Shown: positions 21,020 to 30,575 of the stretch, piece by piece
How positions within the stretch are numbered: the stretch's first letter is position 1
Layout of the letters: each line of letters begins with the position of its first letter
Assembly: GCA_049517415.1 (NCBI GenBank)
Contig: JBEKSC010000004.1
Span: 1-64,000, forward strand
Length of the DNA: 64,000 nt
Origin: Candidatus Bathyarchaeia archaeon
Lineage (GTDB): Archaea; Thermoproteota; Bathyarchaeia; 40CM-2-53-6
Direction: 5' to 3'
Position numbers and translations under genes: made by a program
The notes under the pieces: model-generated
What the model was told of the DNA's origin: nothing
The model's database searches: none
What the model saw: only the letters and a program-made list of their open reading frames with translations

Positions 21020-21128
21020 CCAAAGTTGCCAAGATTAGGGCAAATGGAGACTCAAGGATTCAGCGTGCAGTAGATTACAAACTTACTAGGGACATTATAT
21101 AGCGAACGTTAAATATACTAAATCCTAG

Positions 21129-22313
21129 TTGGCCTTGCATCCAGAGCTGCCGAAAATGACGAGACCTCCTTGGACAATCCGGAGCGACCTCTCTGAGGCC
21201 CCAATCTTTGTTTGCTGGGAAACTACGAAGGCTTGCCTACTTGCTTGCAAGCATTGCAGAGCCAAAGCTATCAAAAAACCCAAGGCTGGGCAGCTCGATC
21301 GCGAACAAGGCTTGAAACTTATAGATCAACTCACAATGTTCGGAGAACCCTACCCCGCGCTTCTCTTGACGGGGGGCGACCCTTTGATGCGAGAAGACTT
21401 CTTCGATCTAATCGAACGAGCAAAGGACCTAGGGATCTATGTGGCAGTCGCCGCGAGTGTGACACCGAAGCTAAATGCATCAACAATCTCGCGTATGACG
21501 GAACTCGGCGTTGACATAATGTCTGTAAGCCTCGACGGGGCTTCGCCAGAAACCCATGACCGCCTTCGGGGGATTCGAGGCACATGGAGCGAGACGATTC
21601 AATCGCTTCGTCTAGCGAAACAGTTAGGGTTGAGGGCACAAATAAACACGACAGTTATGAGAAGCAACCTCGAGGAGCTAGCGGACATCTTTCATATCGT
21701 TAAGGAAACCGGAGCAGTCGCGTGGGAGGTCTTCTTTCTAATTCGAACAGGTCGAGGCGCGGCGCTTGAGGGCCTCGATCCTGAAGAATGCGAGGAAGTC
21801 ATGCACTTTCTCTATGACGCTGCACATTATGGCGTCCCCGTGCGGACTGCGGAAGGTCCGAATTTCAGGAGGGTGCGCATAGAGCGGCAGAATGGTCTGG
21901 CCGCGACGAATGGTGAACTTCACCGCCGCCTGGGTGCGAGGTTGCAAGTTCTGGAAGGACCGCCTACAAGCCCCCCAGCAATGAAGTCAACACAAACACG
22001 GGACGGGAAGGGTATTGTTTTCGTTGCACATGATGGAGAAGTGTACCCAAGCGGTTTTCTGCCGGTCAGCGCAGGTAAAGTGCCCGAAGAGGATCTCGGA
22101 ACGATATACCGGTCGAGTCCGCTATTCATCGCGTTGAGAGATTCTTCTAACTTGAAGGGTCGTTGTGGCAGATGCGAGTACAAAGAAATTTGTGGAGGTT
22201 CTAGATCTAGAGCTTTCGCAGAATACGGAGACCCATTCGAGGAAGACCCTGCTTGTCCGTACATTCCAGACGGGAGCCGAACTGAGCCACTTTCTCTGAC
22301 ACAGTCTCTCTGA
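21129..22313 (+). CDS. Radical SAM/SPASM protein, AhbD/NirJ-related (resembles the TIGR04053 family)
   Basis: WETTKACLLACKHCRA (CxxxCxxC), LTGGDPL, SLDG, C-terminal CGRCEYKEICGGSRSRA...DPAC; first gene of the heme cluster. Confidence 0.85.
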   Translation: MALHPELPKMTRPPWTIRSDLSEAPIFVCWETTKACLLACKHCRAKAIKKPKAGQLDREQGLKLIDQLTMFGEPYPALLLTGGDPLMREDFFDLIERAKDLGIYVAVAASVTPKLNASTISRMTELGVDIMSVSLDGASPETHDRLRGIRGTWSETIQSLRLAKQLGLRAQINTTVMRSNLEELADIFHIVKETGAVAWEVFFLIRTGRGAALEGLDPEECEEVMHFLYDAAHYGVPVRTAEGPNFRRVRIERQNGLAATNGELHRRLGARLQVLEGPPTSPPAMKSTQTRDGKGIVFVAHDGEVYPSGFLPVSAGKVPEEDLGTIYRSSPLFIALRDSSNLKGRCGRCEYKEICGGSRSRAFAEYGDPFEEDPACPYIPDGSRTEPLSLTQSL

Positions 22314-22318
22314 GCTGA

Positions 22319-22930
22319 ATGAATGAAATGCCGAAGACTAACCAAGAACACAGGATATTGGAAGTTGCCAAAGAGCTCTTCACTAGACGCGGGTTTTCCA
22401 ACGTCGCTATCCGCGACATATGTAAGGCTGCTAACGTCACAGCTCCTACAGTATACTACTATTTCAGAAATAAGGAGGCACTGTTTGAGACAGTTGTACG
22501 CGAAAGCGTGAGCATGACTGGGTTCATCACGCAATTAGATGATGAATGCAAGAAGGCCAAGAAACCGGCATCGCAAGTCCGAGCTTTCGTTCACACGTAC
22601 CTCACGAGCTTCCCGAAGGAACGTTTGAATGTCGGCCTCTACGTAAGAGACTCGACAGAGCTAGATTCGGTGGGACGGAACACCCTATTGGCTGAGCTCA
22701 GCCGAATTCAGTCTCTTCTGACGCGTATAATTCGAAAGGGAATTACTACCGGAGAATTCCGCGAAACTGACCCGAAAATGGCTGCTGAATGTTTACTTGG
22801 TATGATGCATCGCCTCGTCTTCCAGCAAATTCATTTCAGACGAAACTACAAACCGTCAGAGGCAGCAAATTACCTCTCCGACTTCTTCCTTCGAGCAATG
22901 AATCCCACTTCCGAACGCATTGGAATGTAA
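22319..22930 (+). CDS. TetR/AcrR family transcriptional regulator
   Basis: ILEVAKELF..RGF...AIRDI...ANVT..TVYYYF.NKEAL. Confidence 0.92.
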   Translation: MNEMPKTNQEHRILEVAKELFTRRGFSNVAIRDICKAANVTAPTVYYYFRNKEALFETVVRESVSMTGFITQLDDECKKAKKPASQVRAFVHTYLTSFPKERLNVGLYVRDSTELDSVGRNTLLAELSRIQSLLTRIIRKGITTGEFRETDPKMAAECLLGMMHRLVFQQIHFRRNYKPSEAANYLSDFFLRAMNPTSERIGM

Positions 22931-22985
22931 GTAAACTGATGGCAAATCTTCAACAGCACTTCACAGTGGTGGGAACTAGCAAACA

Positions 22986-23900
22986 ATGAAACAACATTTG
23001 CTCATTGGAACGAGAGGCAGCTCACTCGCATTAGCGCAAACTAACGAAATAGTTGATTTGATGAAGAAGGTCGCTCCCCATATTCGATGCGAAATTGTCC
23101 CGATTAAGACCCAAGGCGACAAGATGCACGACACGGGAACAGTTGGAGTTGAGGGAAAGAGCCTGTTCACGAAAGAAATTGAGGATTCACTAATTCAAGG
23201 TGAAGTTGACCTAGCAGTTCACAGTATGAAGGACCTTACAACCGATATACCGCTAGGCCTTCAGATAGCCGCTGTCCCAGAGCGAATGAACCCACGTGAC
23301 GTTCTTATTTCCCGAAACAAGAAATTTCAACAGCTTGATGGCGGAGCACGAATTGGAACGAGTAGCGTGAGGAGGAAGGCGCAACTCCTCGCTGCGCGGG
23401 GTGATCTGGAAATCGTTGAGATGCACGGGAATATTGATACTCGCTTGCGAAAACTTGAGAAGGGTGACTGTGACGCGCTTGTGCTTGCCGCTGCTGGTCT
23501 CATAAGGCTCGGACTTGATAAGAGAGTAACCGAAGTTTTTTCGCCAAATGCAATGCTGCCTGCGGTTGGGCAGGGGGCCCTAGCGGTTCAGAGCCGGGAA
23601 GACGATGCTGAAATCAGAACGCTATTGTCAAAGCTAGATCACGGGCCAACCCGCAGAGCAATTGAGGCTGAGCGCGGGTTTGCAAAGAGGCTAGGGGCTA
23701 ACTGTCAGACCCCCATCGCTGCATATGCAAAGGTTGAGAATGGGAAGCTAACAATCGACGGAATGGTCGCCGCTACCAGCGGGAAACTGGTCCTGAGAGG
23801 TCGACTTGTTTCAGATAACCCCAGTGCGAAGAAAGCTGGGGAGGAGTTGGCGGAGTCGTTACTGAAGAAGGGTGCAGAAATCGTGTTGGAGACTAAGTGA
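22986..23900 (+). CDS. hemC: Hydroxymethylbilane synthase
   Basis: IGTRGSSLALAQ, LFTKEIE, AVHSMKD, GTSSVRR, GNIDTRL. Confidence 0.96.
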   Translation: MKQHLLIGTRGSSLALAQTNEIVDLMKKVAPHIRCEIVPIKTQGDKMHDTGTVGVEGKSLFTKEIEDSLIQGEVDLAVHSMKDLTTDIPLGLQIAAVPERMNPRDVLISRNKKFQQLDGGARIGTSSVRRKAQLLAARGDLEIVEMHGNIDTRLRKLEKGDCDALVLAAAGLIRLGLDKRVTEVFSPNAMLPAVGQGALAVQSREDDAEIRTLLSKLDHGPTRRAIEAERGFAKRLGANCQTPIAAYAKVENGKLTIDGMVAATSGKLVLRGRLVSDNPSAKKAGEELAESLLKKGAEIVLETK

Positions 23901-24688
23901 TGCAAGCAGCGTCGCTAAAACCGCTGATTGGGATGACGATTCTCGTGACTCGACCCATTGAACAAGCCCAAAACCTTTCGGAGAAACTGCGTGAACTCGG
24001 AGCAACAACGATCGAATTGCCAACCATCGAGATAATCCCTGCCGAGAACAATGACGCTTTGAGTGAGGCCCTAGGAAGACTTAACGAGTACGATTGGATC
24101 ATATTCACAAGCGTTCATGGCGTCCGGTTCTTCATGAAACGCATGATCGACCTCAACATTGCACCTTCGGCCTTGAAGCAAGTCATGTTGGCGGCCATCG
24201 GACCCGCGACAGCAGCGGCTTTGGAGCATACCGTCAAGAAGCCTGAACTAGTTCCTACCGAATTCCTCTCCTGGAAAATAGCTGAGGGCCTAGGAGATGT
24301 GAAAGGTAGGCGAATCCTTCTACCTCGCGCAGACATCGCGTCGAAGAAACTCCCCGACCTATTGCGAAAACGCGGAGCCTTGGTTGAGGAAGTTGTGGCA
24401 TATCGAACCATCATCCCACCCGACTTGACGCCAGATTGTTTGACCCGCATATTTGCTGGAGGTGCAGACCTGATAACCTTCACCAGTCCTTCTACCGTGC
24501 GTAACTTAGCCCGCGTTCTAGGGCCGAATAAACTAGAGCAGTTTTTGAGCACGGTCAAGGTTGCTTGTATTGGACCGGTAACGGTTGAGGCGACGAAGGA
24601 ATTGGGCATAAAGGTTGACATTGTTTCGAAGATTCACACAATTGATGCTCTAGTTGAGGCGATAGTTGATGAAATCGGAACTATATGA
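23897..24688 (+). CDS. hemD: Uroporphyrinogen-III synthase
   Basis: ILVTRP, DWIIFTS, AIGPAT, FTSPSTV, CIGPVT. Confidence 0.94.
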   Translation: MMQAASLKPLIGMTILVTRPIEQAQNLSEKLRELGATTIELPTIEIIPAENNDALSEALGRLNEYDWIIFTSVHGVRFFMKRMIDLNIAPSALKQVMLAAIGPATAAALEHTVKKPELVPTEFLSWKIAEGLGDVKGRRILLPRADIASKKLPDLLRKRGALVEEVVAYRTIIPPDLTPDCLTRIFAGGADLITFTSPSTVRNLARVLGPNKLEQFLSTVKVACIGPVTVEATKELGIKVDIVSKIHTIDALVEAIVDEIGTI

Positions 24689-25676
24689 GGCTTCGAAGGA
24701 ATTCAAGGCAGCTGAAAGGCCGCGCCGTCTTAGGCGGCTACGTTCCATGCGTCTATTGATGCAGGAAACACGTTTGTCAAGTTCGGATATGATGTATCCT
24801 ATCTTCGTGGATCGTAGAATTTCAAAGCGCGAGGAAATTGAATCGATGCCTGGAATCTACAGGCTTCCTCTTTCGGGGCTTGAGGAGGAGATTTCCACGG
24901 TCACAGACCTAAAGATACCTGCCGTCCTCCTCTTCGGTTTGCCAGGACACAAAGATGCGATAGGCAGCGAGGCATACCAAACCGACGGAATAATTCAGCA
25001 GGCAGTTCGTGCCGTTAAGAAACTGGCGCCGGAACTGGTCATTGCTACAGATGTTTGTCTCTGCCAGTACACCGATCACGGACACTGTGGAATTGTCCAT
25101 GGAGGAACTGTAGCTAACGATGAAACGTTAGGAATCCTTTCCCGAGTAGCAGTCTCACACGCGGAGGCCGGTGCGGACATAGTAGGTCCCAGCGCGATGA
25201 TGGATGGACAAGTGAAAGCGATTCGCGCAGCACTCGACGAACGTGGCTTCGCTGATACTTCCATCATGTCTTACTCGGCCAAATACGCATCCGCCTTCTA
25301 TGGGCCTTTCAGGGAAGCGGCTGAATCCTCGCCGCTTTGGGGAGATCGGAGAACCTACCAGATGGATCCTCCTAACCGTAGAGAAGCTCTACATGAAATC
25401 GCAATTGACATCAAAGAAGGAGCTGACATTGTAATGGTGAAGCCTGCACTGAGCTACTTGGATGTTATCAGCAACGCACGTGCGGAATTCAATGCTCCCC
25501 TCGCCGCATACAATGTGAGTGGCGAGTACGCTATGATTAAAGCCGCAGGCCACAAGGGATGGCTTAACGATAAACTCGTGGCTCTGGAAGTACTGACAGC
25601 AATCAAACGCGCCGGCGCTAACATCATAATCACCTACTTCGCAAAAGAAGCAGCAAACTGGTTGCGTGAAGACTGA
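24666..25676 (+). CDS. hemB: Porphobilinogen synthase
   Basis: RPRRLR, DVCLCQYTDHGHCG, SAMMDG, YGPFREA, MVKPA. Confidence 0.96.
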   Translation: MMKSELYEASKEFKAAERPRRLRRLRSMRLLMQETRLSSSDMMYPIFVDRRISKREEIESMPGIYRLPLSGLEEEISTVTDLKIPAVLLFGLPGHKDAIGSEAYQTDGIIQQAVRAVKKLAPELVIATDVCLCQYTDHGHCGIVHGGTVANDETLGILSRVAVSHAEAGADIVGPSAMMDGQVKAIRAALDERGFADTSIMSYSAKYASAFYGPFREAAESSPLWGDRRTYQMDPPNRREALHEIAIDIKEGADIVMVKPALSYLDVISNARAEFNAPLAAYNVSGEYAMIKAAGHKGWLNDKLVALEVLTAIKRAGANIIITYFAKEAANWLRED

Positions 25677-25678
25677 TT

Positions 25679-26404
25679 ATGAAAACTCAAACTTCAACGG
25701 AGACGAACCCAGTCCACGCTACCGAAAGAGAATATCTGAAGTACACATTCTTCAAAGTTGACTCGCAATGGAGGCGACTCGACAACGCGAATAAGTCAGC
25801 GGCGAAGCAAGAGTTCGTATCTATCAGCAACCGTTTTGGGAAACAAAACATACTCAGCAGTTACTCCCTCGTCGGAATTAGAGGGGACGCCGATTTCATG
25901 CTTTGGACAATTAGCAGACGGCTAGAAGATTTCCAAGAACTAACTTCAAACCTGCTTTCGTCAATGCTGGGAAAGTACTTGGAGATTTCGTACTCATATC
26001 TGGCGATTACGCGGCAATCTGAATACCTAGGCACCCACCAACATGAAGGCCAGGAAGGCGCGTCAGTAAACAGGCATCCCGGGGACTCAAAATATCTATT
26101 CGTTTACCCCTTTGTCAAGAAACGTGAATGGTATTTTCTACCTCATGAAGAGCGGAGGCTCGCTATGGCGCAACATTTCAAGATCGGGCACAAGTATCCA
26201 TCAGTCCAAATCCACACTGGTTACTCCTTCGGACTAGACGATCAGGAATTCGTATTGGCGTTTGAGACAGACAAGCCCGCCGATTTCTCTGAATTGGTAA
26301 TGGAGCTCAGGAGTAGTGAAGCTAGCCGCTACACAGCAATTGAGACGCCTATTTTCACGTGCATTACCATGCCAATCAACGAAATCCTCAACCTACTCGG
26401 ATGA
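25679..26404 (+). CDS. chdC: Coproheme decarboxylase (HemQ/ChdC, chlorite dismutase superfamily)
   Basis: YPFVK..EWY (catalytic Tyr/Lys region), MAQH...G proximal His, SFGLDDQEF; no chlorite-dismutase distal Arg seen; lies inside the hem cluster. Confidence 0.8.
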   Translation: MKTQTSTETNPVHATEREYLKYTFFKVDSQWRRLDNANKSAAKQEFVSISNRFGKQNILSSYSLVGIRGDADFMLWTISRRLEDFQELTSNLLSSMLGKYLEISYSYLAITRQSEYLGTHQHEGQEGASVNRHPGDSKYLFVYPFVKKREWYFLPHEERRLAMAQHFKIGHKYPSVQIHTGYSFGLDDQEFVLAFETDKPADFSELVMELRSSEASRYTAIETPIFTCITMPINEILNLLG

Positions 26405-26564
26405 CTTGCGGCTCCATTTGGTTTTCGTGATTCCTTTGAAGCATCAATCTAAAGTTCTCTAGACGCATGCAGGAGTAGCGCGGTTATGGATTTTGTTTCG
26501 ACATTGAGCACGATGTACCAAGGAAAACTCGTCTTTCGGGAAACCCGAATAATGCTTAGGTTGT

Positions 26565-27602
26565 TTGCAGCTAAAAATGAATGACCGTCTCATCAAAGCT
26601 TGTCGACTCCAACCCGTCGATGCTACCCCTGTCTGGTTTATGCGTCAGGCTGGAAGATTTCTTCCAGAATATAGGAAGATCAGGGAGAAGCATGACGTGA
26701 TGTCGATCTGCAAGAATCCTGACTTGTGCGCGGAGGTTACGTCATTGCCTGTGGAAATTCTAGGCGTAGATGCAGCGATCATGTTCGCTGACATTATGCT
26801 GCCGCTGGAAGGCATGGGCGTAAAGTTCGAGATTAAGGAAGGGCTCGGTCCCTTGATTCAAGAACCAATCCAAAGTCTAGACTCCGTCGGTTCCTTAACT
26901 ACTCTCAACCCAAGAGATGATGTCCCATATGTTCTTGAAGCCATAGCGCAGGTGAAGAAGATTCTTAACGTTCCGTTAATTGGTTTTTGCGGAGCTCCAT
27001 TCACATTAGCAAGTTACCTTATCGAAGGCAGGCCAACGAGGGACTTCCTGAACACTAAGATGTTGATGTACCGTGATCCGAAGGCGTGGCATGCCCTGAT
27101 GAACGAGTTGGCGACAGCCATGGCGAGTTATCTGCGAGCGCAGGTCGAAGCGGGGGTGAACGTCGTTCAACTTTTCGATAGTTGGGTTGGGTGCCTTAGC
27201 CCGCACGATTACCATCAATACGTGCTTCCATATTCGCGCCGAATCTTCAAAGAGTTGGAGGTGACTGGCGTGCCGCGCATTCACTTCGGCACAGGAACAT
27301 CAAACTTACTTGAGGAAATGAAGCAGGCGGGGGGAGATGTGTTCGGAGTTGATTGGCGGATTCCCATAGACGTAGCGTGGGGCAGGCTAGGTAGCGACGT
27401 AGGAATCCAAGGCAACCTAGACCCGGCTGTCTTACTGGGGACTTCTGAGTTAATCAAATCTCAGGCAAGTGAGGTTCTGATGAAAACTAAGGGAAGGGTA
27501 GGCCACATCTTCAACTTGGGGCATGGAATGTTACCAGAGGCGTCGCCGCAGAAAGTTATTGAACTGGTAAATTTCGTTCATGACTCGACTCAGAGTTCCT
27601 AG
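26565..27602 (+). CDS. hemE: Uroporphyrinogen decarboxylase
   Basis: PVWFMRQAGR, GFCGAPFTLASY, QLFDSW, QGNLDP, HIFNLGHG. Confidence 0.96.
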   Translation: MQLKMNDRLIKACRLQPVDATPVWFMRQAGRFLPEYRKIREKHDVMSICKNPDLCAEVTSLPVEILGVDAAIMFADIMLPLEGMGVKFEIKEGLGPLIQEPIQSLDSVGSLTTLNPRDDVPYVLEAIAQVKKILNVPLIGFCGAPFTLASYLIEGRPTRDFLNTKMLMYRDPKAWHALMNELATAMASYLRAQVEAGVNVVQLFDSWVGCLSPHDYHQYVLPYSRRIFKELEVTGVPRIHFGTGTSNLLEEMKQAGGDVFGVDWRIPIDVAWGRLGSDVGIQGNLDPAVLLGTSELIKSQASEVLMKTKGRVGHIFNLGHGMLPEASPQKVIELVNFVHDSTQSS

Positions 27603-27614
27603 TAGGCGCGAGAC

Positions 27615-28541
27615 TTGGCAGACTTCGGCGTTTTTCTAATGGCTTATGGAACTCCAAATTCAGAAGAGGACATGGAGCCATATCTGACGGATATCAGGGG
27701 GGGCCATAGGCCAACTAAAGTTATTCTAGAAAATCTGACGGAGCGATACAGGAAGATTGGTGGTCGTTCCCCGTTACTCGATATCTCGAACGCTCAAGCC
27801 TCAGCCCTAGAGAAGACCATGAACGCACGAGGAGTGAAGGCTCGAGTCTATGTGGGCATGAAACATTGGCATCCATACATACGTGAAGTTATTCCGAGAG
27901 CCGCGAATGATGGGATTAGCAGAATTATTGCGTTAGCATTGGCCCCGCACTATTCTCAGGTTAGTATTGGCAGGTACAAGCAAGCCCTTGACCACGCTCT
28001 GGCCGAAGCTGTCAATTTGAGCGTAGATTTCGTCGATAGCTGGTACGACCATCCCCTATTCCATCGTGCGGTCGCCGAGAAAGTCAATCTCGCTATGGGA
28101 CAGTTTCCTAGATCTGGTGACGTCGACATTCTGTTCACAGCACATAGTCTACCAGAACGCATCCTTGACCACAACGACCCATATCCATCGCAACTGCGTA
28201 GCTCATGCGAAGCAGTAGCAAACATGCTGAAACTTGACCGCTGGTCCTTCGCTTATCAGAGCGCTGGTCAAACAGCCGAGAAATGGCTTGGCCCAGACAT
28301 TCTGGAATCGCTTAAAGAAATCAGTGAACGCGGCAAAACCGTCAATGTTCTAGTTGTTCCAATAGGTTTCGTCGCCGACCACCTTGAGATATTGTACGAT
28401 ATTGATGTGGAAGCCCAAGAATTTGCTAAGGCACACGGTTTGCATCTGAGACGGACTGAGTCCCTGAACACGAGCCAAACTTTCATTTCGGCACTTGCCG
28501 ATATCGCTTTGACACGAGCCTCCCAGAACAAGTGGGCTTAG
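27615..28541 (+). CDS. hemH: Ferrochelatase, coproporphyrin (CpfC)-type
   Basis: LMAYGTP N-terminal motif (as in Firmicutes CpfC), GMKHWHP, AHSLP, GFVADHLEILYDID. Confidence 0.92.
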   Translation: MADFGVFLMAYGTPNSEEDMEPYLTDIRGGHRPTKVILENLTERYRKIGGRSPLLDISNAQASALEKTMNARGVKARVYVGMKHWHPYIREVIPRAANDGISRIIALALAPHYSQVSIGRYKQALDHALAEAVNLSVDFVDSWYDHPLFHRAVAEKVNLAMGQFPRSGDVDILFTAHSLPERILDHNDPYPSQLRSSCEAVANMLKLDRWSFAYQSAGQTAEKWLGPDILESLKEISERGKTVNVLVVPIGFVADHLEILYDIDVEAQEFAKAHGLHLRRTESLNTSQTFISALADIALTRASQNKWA

Positions 28542-28564
28542 AAAATGTCAATCACGTGAAAACG

Positions 28565-28981
28565 TTACTTTTTCATTATAATGTAAGTTACGAGTCCTTT
28601 CGCAATTAGCCTTTTCTTCTGGTCTTTGACTTCAGCTTCGCCGACGGCGATACGCTTACCCTTGTGAATGATTTGGCCTGAGGCTTTCAGCAGGCCTAGT
28701 TGGGCTGGTGCGGTAAAGTTCACTTTCAGTTCGACGGTAGTGATGAATTCCTCTGCGTCGAGCATAGTGTATAAGGCTAAGCCTACAGCTGAGTCGATTA
28801 AAGCTGCGGCTACTCCGCCGTGTGCCACGCCAGCGTCTTGCGTTAACCGTCTTGTTACGTTGATTCGAATTTCAGCTCTTCCTGTCCCAAGTCTTGTCAG
28901 ATGCATGCCTAGGTGGTTGTAGAACGGCATCTCTCTTGCTAGCTGCCGTATCCAAATCATCCGGCGTGATGATTTTGTCAT
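28565..28981 (-). CDS. PaaI family thioesterase (hotdog fold)
   Basis: GVAHGG.AAALID, TVELKVNF, G.IIHKG. Confidence 0.9.
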   Translation of the reverse strand: MTKSSRRMIWIRQLAREMPFYNHLGMHLTRLGTGRAEIRINVTRRLTQDAGVAHGGVAAALIDSAVGLALYTMLDAEEFITTVELKVNFTAPAQLGLLKASGQIIHKGKRIAVGEAEVKDQKKRLIAKGLVTYIIMKK

Positions 28982-29043
28982 TCGTGATTTGTCCTGAACG
29001 TTAACCTATTCGTCGAGACAGCTTATCCACGCAGCAACTTGCT

Positions 29044-29355
29044 CTAGACGATCGTATGTTCGTCTATGTATAATGTGATCAATTTGCTGGTGAAGCTCTC
29101 CGTATCCTTCTGGGTTGCTTGGCCTTCTGTTGAAGTGAATGCTTTCTTCATGGTCTCACTGTCATCAAACCACAATTCCACGACCCCGTCGTAATCTGGT
29201 TCCCTGTTAGGCGGGCGCCGAACGGCATTAACAACATACTTCCTCAGCCCTGGCATTTTCTTCGCTAGTGGAGCGTGTTTTTCTAACCAGTATCGGGCAA
29301 ATTCCTTCTCGGTCAGGGAGTCCTTCTTCTTTAGCAGGATAATCATTTTGAACAT
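29044..29355 (-). CDS. EthD family protein
   Basis: F..YW..KHAPLA..MPGL..Y, YDGVVELWFD. Confidence 0.88.
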   Translation of the reverse strand: MFKMIILLKKKDSLTEKEFARYWLEKHAPLAKKMPGLRKYVVNAVRRPPNREPDYDGVVELWFDDSETMKKAFTSTEGQATQKDTESFTSKLITLYIDEHTIV

Positions 29356-29622
29356 AAGCTATCATCCGACGGGCTATGGAAACTATAGCCTAGCTTTGGA
29401 TTAAGAAGATATGTGTGCGAATCGAAGGAAGGTGAAGTTCACTTCTTGCCACTTACGTTCGGGTCGTTGAAATTAGTTTCACTCCAATGGTTCTATCGCT
29501 AGGAGTGTGGAGGGGGCAGTGAGCTAAATTTCGAACTCTAAATACCACTCACATAGTTAAATGATAGCGCTCGATGAAACCATTGATCGTCTGAGCTTCC
29601 AAAATCCACGAGTGGTTCTTTC

Positions 29623-30486
29623 TTGTTTGCATCGAAGGGTATGGTGGCTCTATTTGTTGCCTCCTTCTTCTTTGCCACAGCCGCGATCTTCATCAGATTT
29701 GCAACCGAGGCTTCTGCAATATCGCTTACGTTCTTCCGTCTCTTTATAGCGGCTTTGGCGATGATTCTATTTGCGTCGGCAAGGCGAAGCTTGCGGTTTC
29801 TGGGGAGGCGCGACTTAACTCTAGTTGCGGTCTCCGGCGTCTTTCTTAGCCTACACTTCGCAACTTTCATTTTCGCCGTTAAGGGGACCACTATCGCGAA
29901 CGCAACCTTCTTGGTAAACACAAGCCCAATAATGCTCGCAGTTCTTTCCCCGCTCCTGATAAAGGAGCGCACAACCTCAAGGGAAGCAATGAGTGTACTG
30001 GTTGCAACGGTCGGGGTGATACTTGTTGCACACGCGGGGAATGGCTTCCATGCTTTCGGACTCGCCGACCTTTCTGCATTGCTTGCCGCATTCTTCGTAG
30101 CCCAATACTCATTGGTTGGGAGATATCTCAGAACAAGCGGTGTCAGTACCGCATGCTATACCTCTTACGTATACGCCGCTGCCGCATTAGTTGCATTACT
30201 ATTTGTTGGAGTGCTTGGGGAACACACCTTCCGATTATATGATGCGCAGAATGTCGTAGCCATTCTTGGTTTGGCGCTTTTGCCCACTGCGATTGGCCAT
30301 TCACTTTACAACTATTCTCTAGGCTCGGTTAAGGCGGTCACAGCGAATCTTTTCCCGTTAATGGAACCAGTCTTGGCATCCATCCTTGCCATCCCCCTCT
30401 TCGGCGAAGTTCCCAATCCAATACAGATTGCTGGATACGCTCTAATCTTACTAGCCGTAGGCATCGTCGCAACGAGTCTCAGATGA
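29623..30486 (+). CDS. DMT/EamA family transporter
   Basis: About ten TM segments, FFRL, LHF, NTSPI, GHSLYN, EPV. Confidence 0.9.
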   Translation: MFASKGMVALFVASFFFATAAIFIRFATEASAISLTFFRLFIAALAMILFASARRSLRFLGRRDLTLVAVSGVFLSLHFATFIFAVKGTTIANATFLVNTSPIMLAVLSPLLIKERTTSREAMSVLVATVGVILVAHAGNGFHAFGLADLSALLAAFFVAQYSLVGRYLRTSGVSTACYTSYVYAAAALVALLFVGVLGEHTFRLYDAQNVVAILGLALLPTAIGHSLYNYSLGSVKAVTANLFPLMEPVLASILAIPLFGEVPNPIQIAGYALILLAVGIVATSLR

Positions 30487-30575
30487 GCCTTTAACTAAGC
30501 GGCCCAAAACTGGGAGCCAAGCTATTGAATCAAATTACTCAATTCAAAACTATCCCTCAGAGAACAAAAGGTTAG

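Noticed and set aside
25679..26404. Chlorite dismutase (perchlorate respiration)
   Set aside because: No distal Arg seen, no signal peptide, and it is embedded in hem genes.
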